From Thermoanaerobaculia bacterium (GTDB taxonomy: Bacteria; Acidobacteriota; Thermoanaerobaculia; UBA5066; Gp7-AA6), in contig JBASRI010000159.1 of assembly GCA_049273755.1 (NCBI GenBank), positions 1-32,122 on the forward strand: 32,122 nucleotides of DNA, written 5' to 3'. Position numbers and translations under genes: made by a program. Below are positions 30,503 through 32,122 of this stretch, piece after piece. Every line of letters begins with the position of its first letter. Positions within the stretch are counted from its first letter, which is position 1. A model generated the notes under the pieces. The model was not told where the DNA came from. It made no database searches and saw only the letters and a program-made list of their open reading frames with translations.

Positions 30503-32122
30503 ATGCACGCTCGAATCCTGTCGGTCGCGGTGGCCGGCGCCGCGCTCGCCGCATTCTCTCCGGCCCAGCAGGACCCGCTCGAGTTCGCGAGACTCAAGGA
30601 CTTCACGGCGCACCGCTCTTCATCGAGCAATGAGGACCCCGCCTCCAACGACGACAGCAAGCACCCGATCCCCGGCGAGGAGATCACGCTCGCCGATCTC
30701 GAGGGCCCGGGGGTCGTGACCCACATCTGGCTGACGATCGCGGCCAGCGAGTACGCCTGGCCGCGCCTGTTTCGACTGCGCGCGTACTACGACGGAAACG
30801 CCGAGCCCTCGGTCGATGCCCCGGTCGGAGACTTCTTCGCCGTGGGACACGGATTCGAGCGGCCCGTGAAGTCCGAGATGGTCCGCGCGAGCTCCGACGG
30901 CCGCGCGCGCAACGCCTACTGGCCGATGCCGTTCGCCAAGTCCTGCCGCATCACGCTGACGAACGAGGGCCGGCGCCGCGCGGACCACGTCTACTACCAC
31001 GTGGACTGGGAGAAGCGCGCCGCGCTTCCGCCGGGGACGCTCTACTTCCACGCGCGGTACAAGCAGGAGCTGCCGGCGCCGGCGGCGAAGCGCTCGTACA
31101 CGTTCCTCGACGTCCAGGGGCGCGGCTTCTACGCCGGCACCGTGCTGTCGGTGATTCAACCGTCCGCCGGCTGGTTCGGGGAGGGCGACGAGCGCTTCTA
31201 CATCGACGGCGCGACGGCGCCCTCGATCGTGGGGACCGGCTCGGAAGACTATTTCAACGACGCGTGGGGTCTCCACGTCGTCGACGGCCCATACTACGGC
31301 GTCACGGTGGCCGACGGCACCGGCCTGGGCTCCCGCATGACGGCCTATCGCTGGCACCTCCGGGACCCGATCCCGTTCAACACGTCGCTCCGCTTCGAGC
31401 TCGAGCACCTCGGTTGGACGTACAACCAGGACGGGTCCCTCAAGTCGGCTTTCGGCGAGCGCGACGACCTGATGTCGTCCGTCTCGTTCTGGTACCAGGA
31501 GGGTGCGGCGATGGGGCTGCCCCCGGTGCCCTACGGCTCGGCGCGTCTGCCGCAAGGCAACGCGCAGCAGATCGAGGTCGAGAACGCGATCGGCTCGATG
31601 CGCGCGGAGAAGGGAAAGGCGTCGCTGTTCAAGGACCTCTTCTGGTCCAAGGACGTCGTCGTCTTCGCCGGCGAGGGTCCGGACGCGAGGCTCGAGATGC
31701 CCTTCGACGTCGACGAGGCGGGGGACTACGAGCTCTACACGCAGGTCGCGCAGGGCTCGGACTACGGGATCTACACTGTCCTCCTCGACGGGAAGAAGGC
31801 CGAGGCGCCCGTCCTCGAGCACGAGCCGGGCGCCGACGTGCGGCCGCAGCTTTCGTTCGACGGCTACGCCTACGAGACCTACGTGGGCATGGACTACCAG
31901 GTGGGCTGGCCGCGCCTGACGAAGGGGCGGCACACGCTGACGTACGTCTGCCTCGGCAAGAACGCGGCCTCCACGGGTTACGTGCTCGGTGTGGACAACA
32001 TCGTCCTGGCCCGCGTCGGGAAAGAGGGCTGGGCGAAGGCGGCCGCCGTGCGCCCGCCGAACGTGCCGTCGGACCTGCAGGGATTGACGCGGGCGCTCTC
32101 GGATCCGGACGCGGTCGTGCGG
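30503..32122 (+). CDS. DUF2961 / GH172-like secreted protein, 3'-partial (540 codons, runs off the window)
   Basis: Not in the ORF track because there is no stop in the window. ggagg RBS plus ATG 30503. Signal peptide. THIWLTI...LRAYYDG...PSVDAPVGDFF..GHG...YWPMPF...HVDWE...FHARY...GEGDERFYIDG...GTGSEDYFNDAWG. Confidence 0.75.
   Translation, partial: MHARILSVAVAGAALAAFSPAQQDPLEFARLKDFTAHRSSSSNEDPASNDDSKHPIPGEEITLADLEGPGVVTHIWLTIAASEYAWPRLFRLRAYYDGNAEPSVDAPVGDFFAVGHGFERPVKSEMVRASSDGRARNAYWPMPFAKSCRITLTNEGRRRADHVYYHVDWEKRAALPPGTLYFHARYKQELPAPAAKRSYTFLDVQGRGFYAGTVLSVIQPSAGWFGEGDERFYIDGATAPSIVGTGSEDYFNDAWGLHVVDGPYYGVTVADGTGLGSRMTAYRWHLRDPIPFNTSLRFELEHLGWTYNQDGSLKSAFGERDDLMSSVSFWYQEGAAMGLPPVPYGSARLPQGNAQQIEVENAIGSMRAEKGKASLFKDLFWSKDVVVFAGEGPDARLEMPFDVDEAGDYELYTQVAQGSDYGIYTVLLDGKKAEAPVLEHEPGADVRPQLSFDGYAYETYVGMDYQVGWPRLTKGRHTLTYVCLGKNAASTGYVLGVDNIVLARVGKEGWAKAAAVRPPNVPSDLQGLTRALSDPDAVVR

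Noticed and set aside
30620-31933. 437-aa ORF on the - strand
   Set aside because: It is antisense to the DUF2961/GH172-like gene, whose motifs are clear on the + strand. Its composition is Arg/Val/Leu-rich and repetitive.
1-32122. Integron integrase, other recombinase or transposase, tRNA, rRNA
   Set aside because: I recognised no tyrosine-recombinase motifs (R..H-x-x-R..Y) in any long ORF, no transposase-like ORF and no tRNA/rRNA-like sequence. This absence is based on reading by eye only.

Overview
High-GC (about 60-68% by eye) bacterial chromosomal DNA, probably a soil or sediment lineage; the taxon is a guess. The dominant structure is an integron gene-cassette array. From position 1 to about 16.3 kb, short unrelated and mostly promoterless ORFs on the + strand are each followed by a conserved 64-79 bp element. 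This element starts GCCTAAC/GTCTAAC (R'', RYYYAAC) and ends GTTAGGC (R', GTTRRRY). I count 16 intact attC sites, 11 of them exactly 76 bp. No integrase or attI is in the window; cassette orientation places them 5' of position 1. Downstream (about 12.7-21.4 kb) the attC sites erode into left halves, right halves and 22-40 bp mini-sites, leaving multi-gene fused cassettes. Cassette cargo is typical of environmental integrons: DinB x3, VOC/glyoxalase x5 plus a fragment, NTF2/SnoaL-like x3, RibD_C DHFR-like x2, DUF1801 x2, small membrane proteins, and an RHH-RelE/ParE toxin-antitoxin cassette with its own promoter. There are also three reverse-oriented genes, one with a clear sigma70-type promoter. 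Two genes look most unusual because each carries a single in-frame TGA at the position of a conserved Cys, followed by a hairpin whose loop starts 19 nt after the TGA. One is a MerB-like (alkylmercury lyase family) cassette gene (TGA 9928-9930, aligned by eye to catalytic Cys159). The other is a Tat-signal DsrE-like gene (TGA 25819-25821, U-x-x-C). Both are candidate selenoproteins. The right part of the window holds a radical SAM/SPASM gene with no visible substrate gene, DUF1697, DUF2071 and a large membrane-anchored protein. It also holds a GIY-YIG nuclease gene bracketed by inverted copies of a 25-60 bp repeat present 5 times, and a partial DUF2961/GH172-like gene running off the end. All coordinates were hand-counted (expect +/-1-2 nt) and all product calls come from recalled motifs, not searches.
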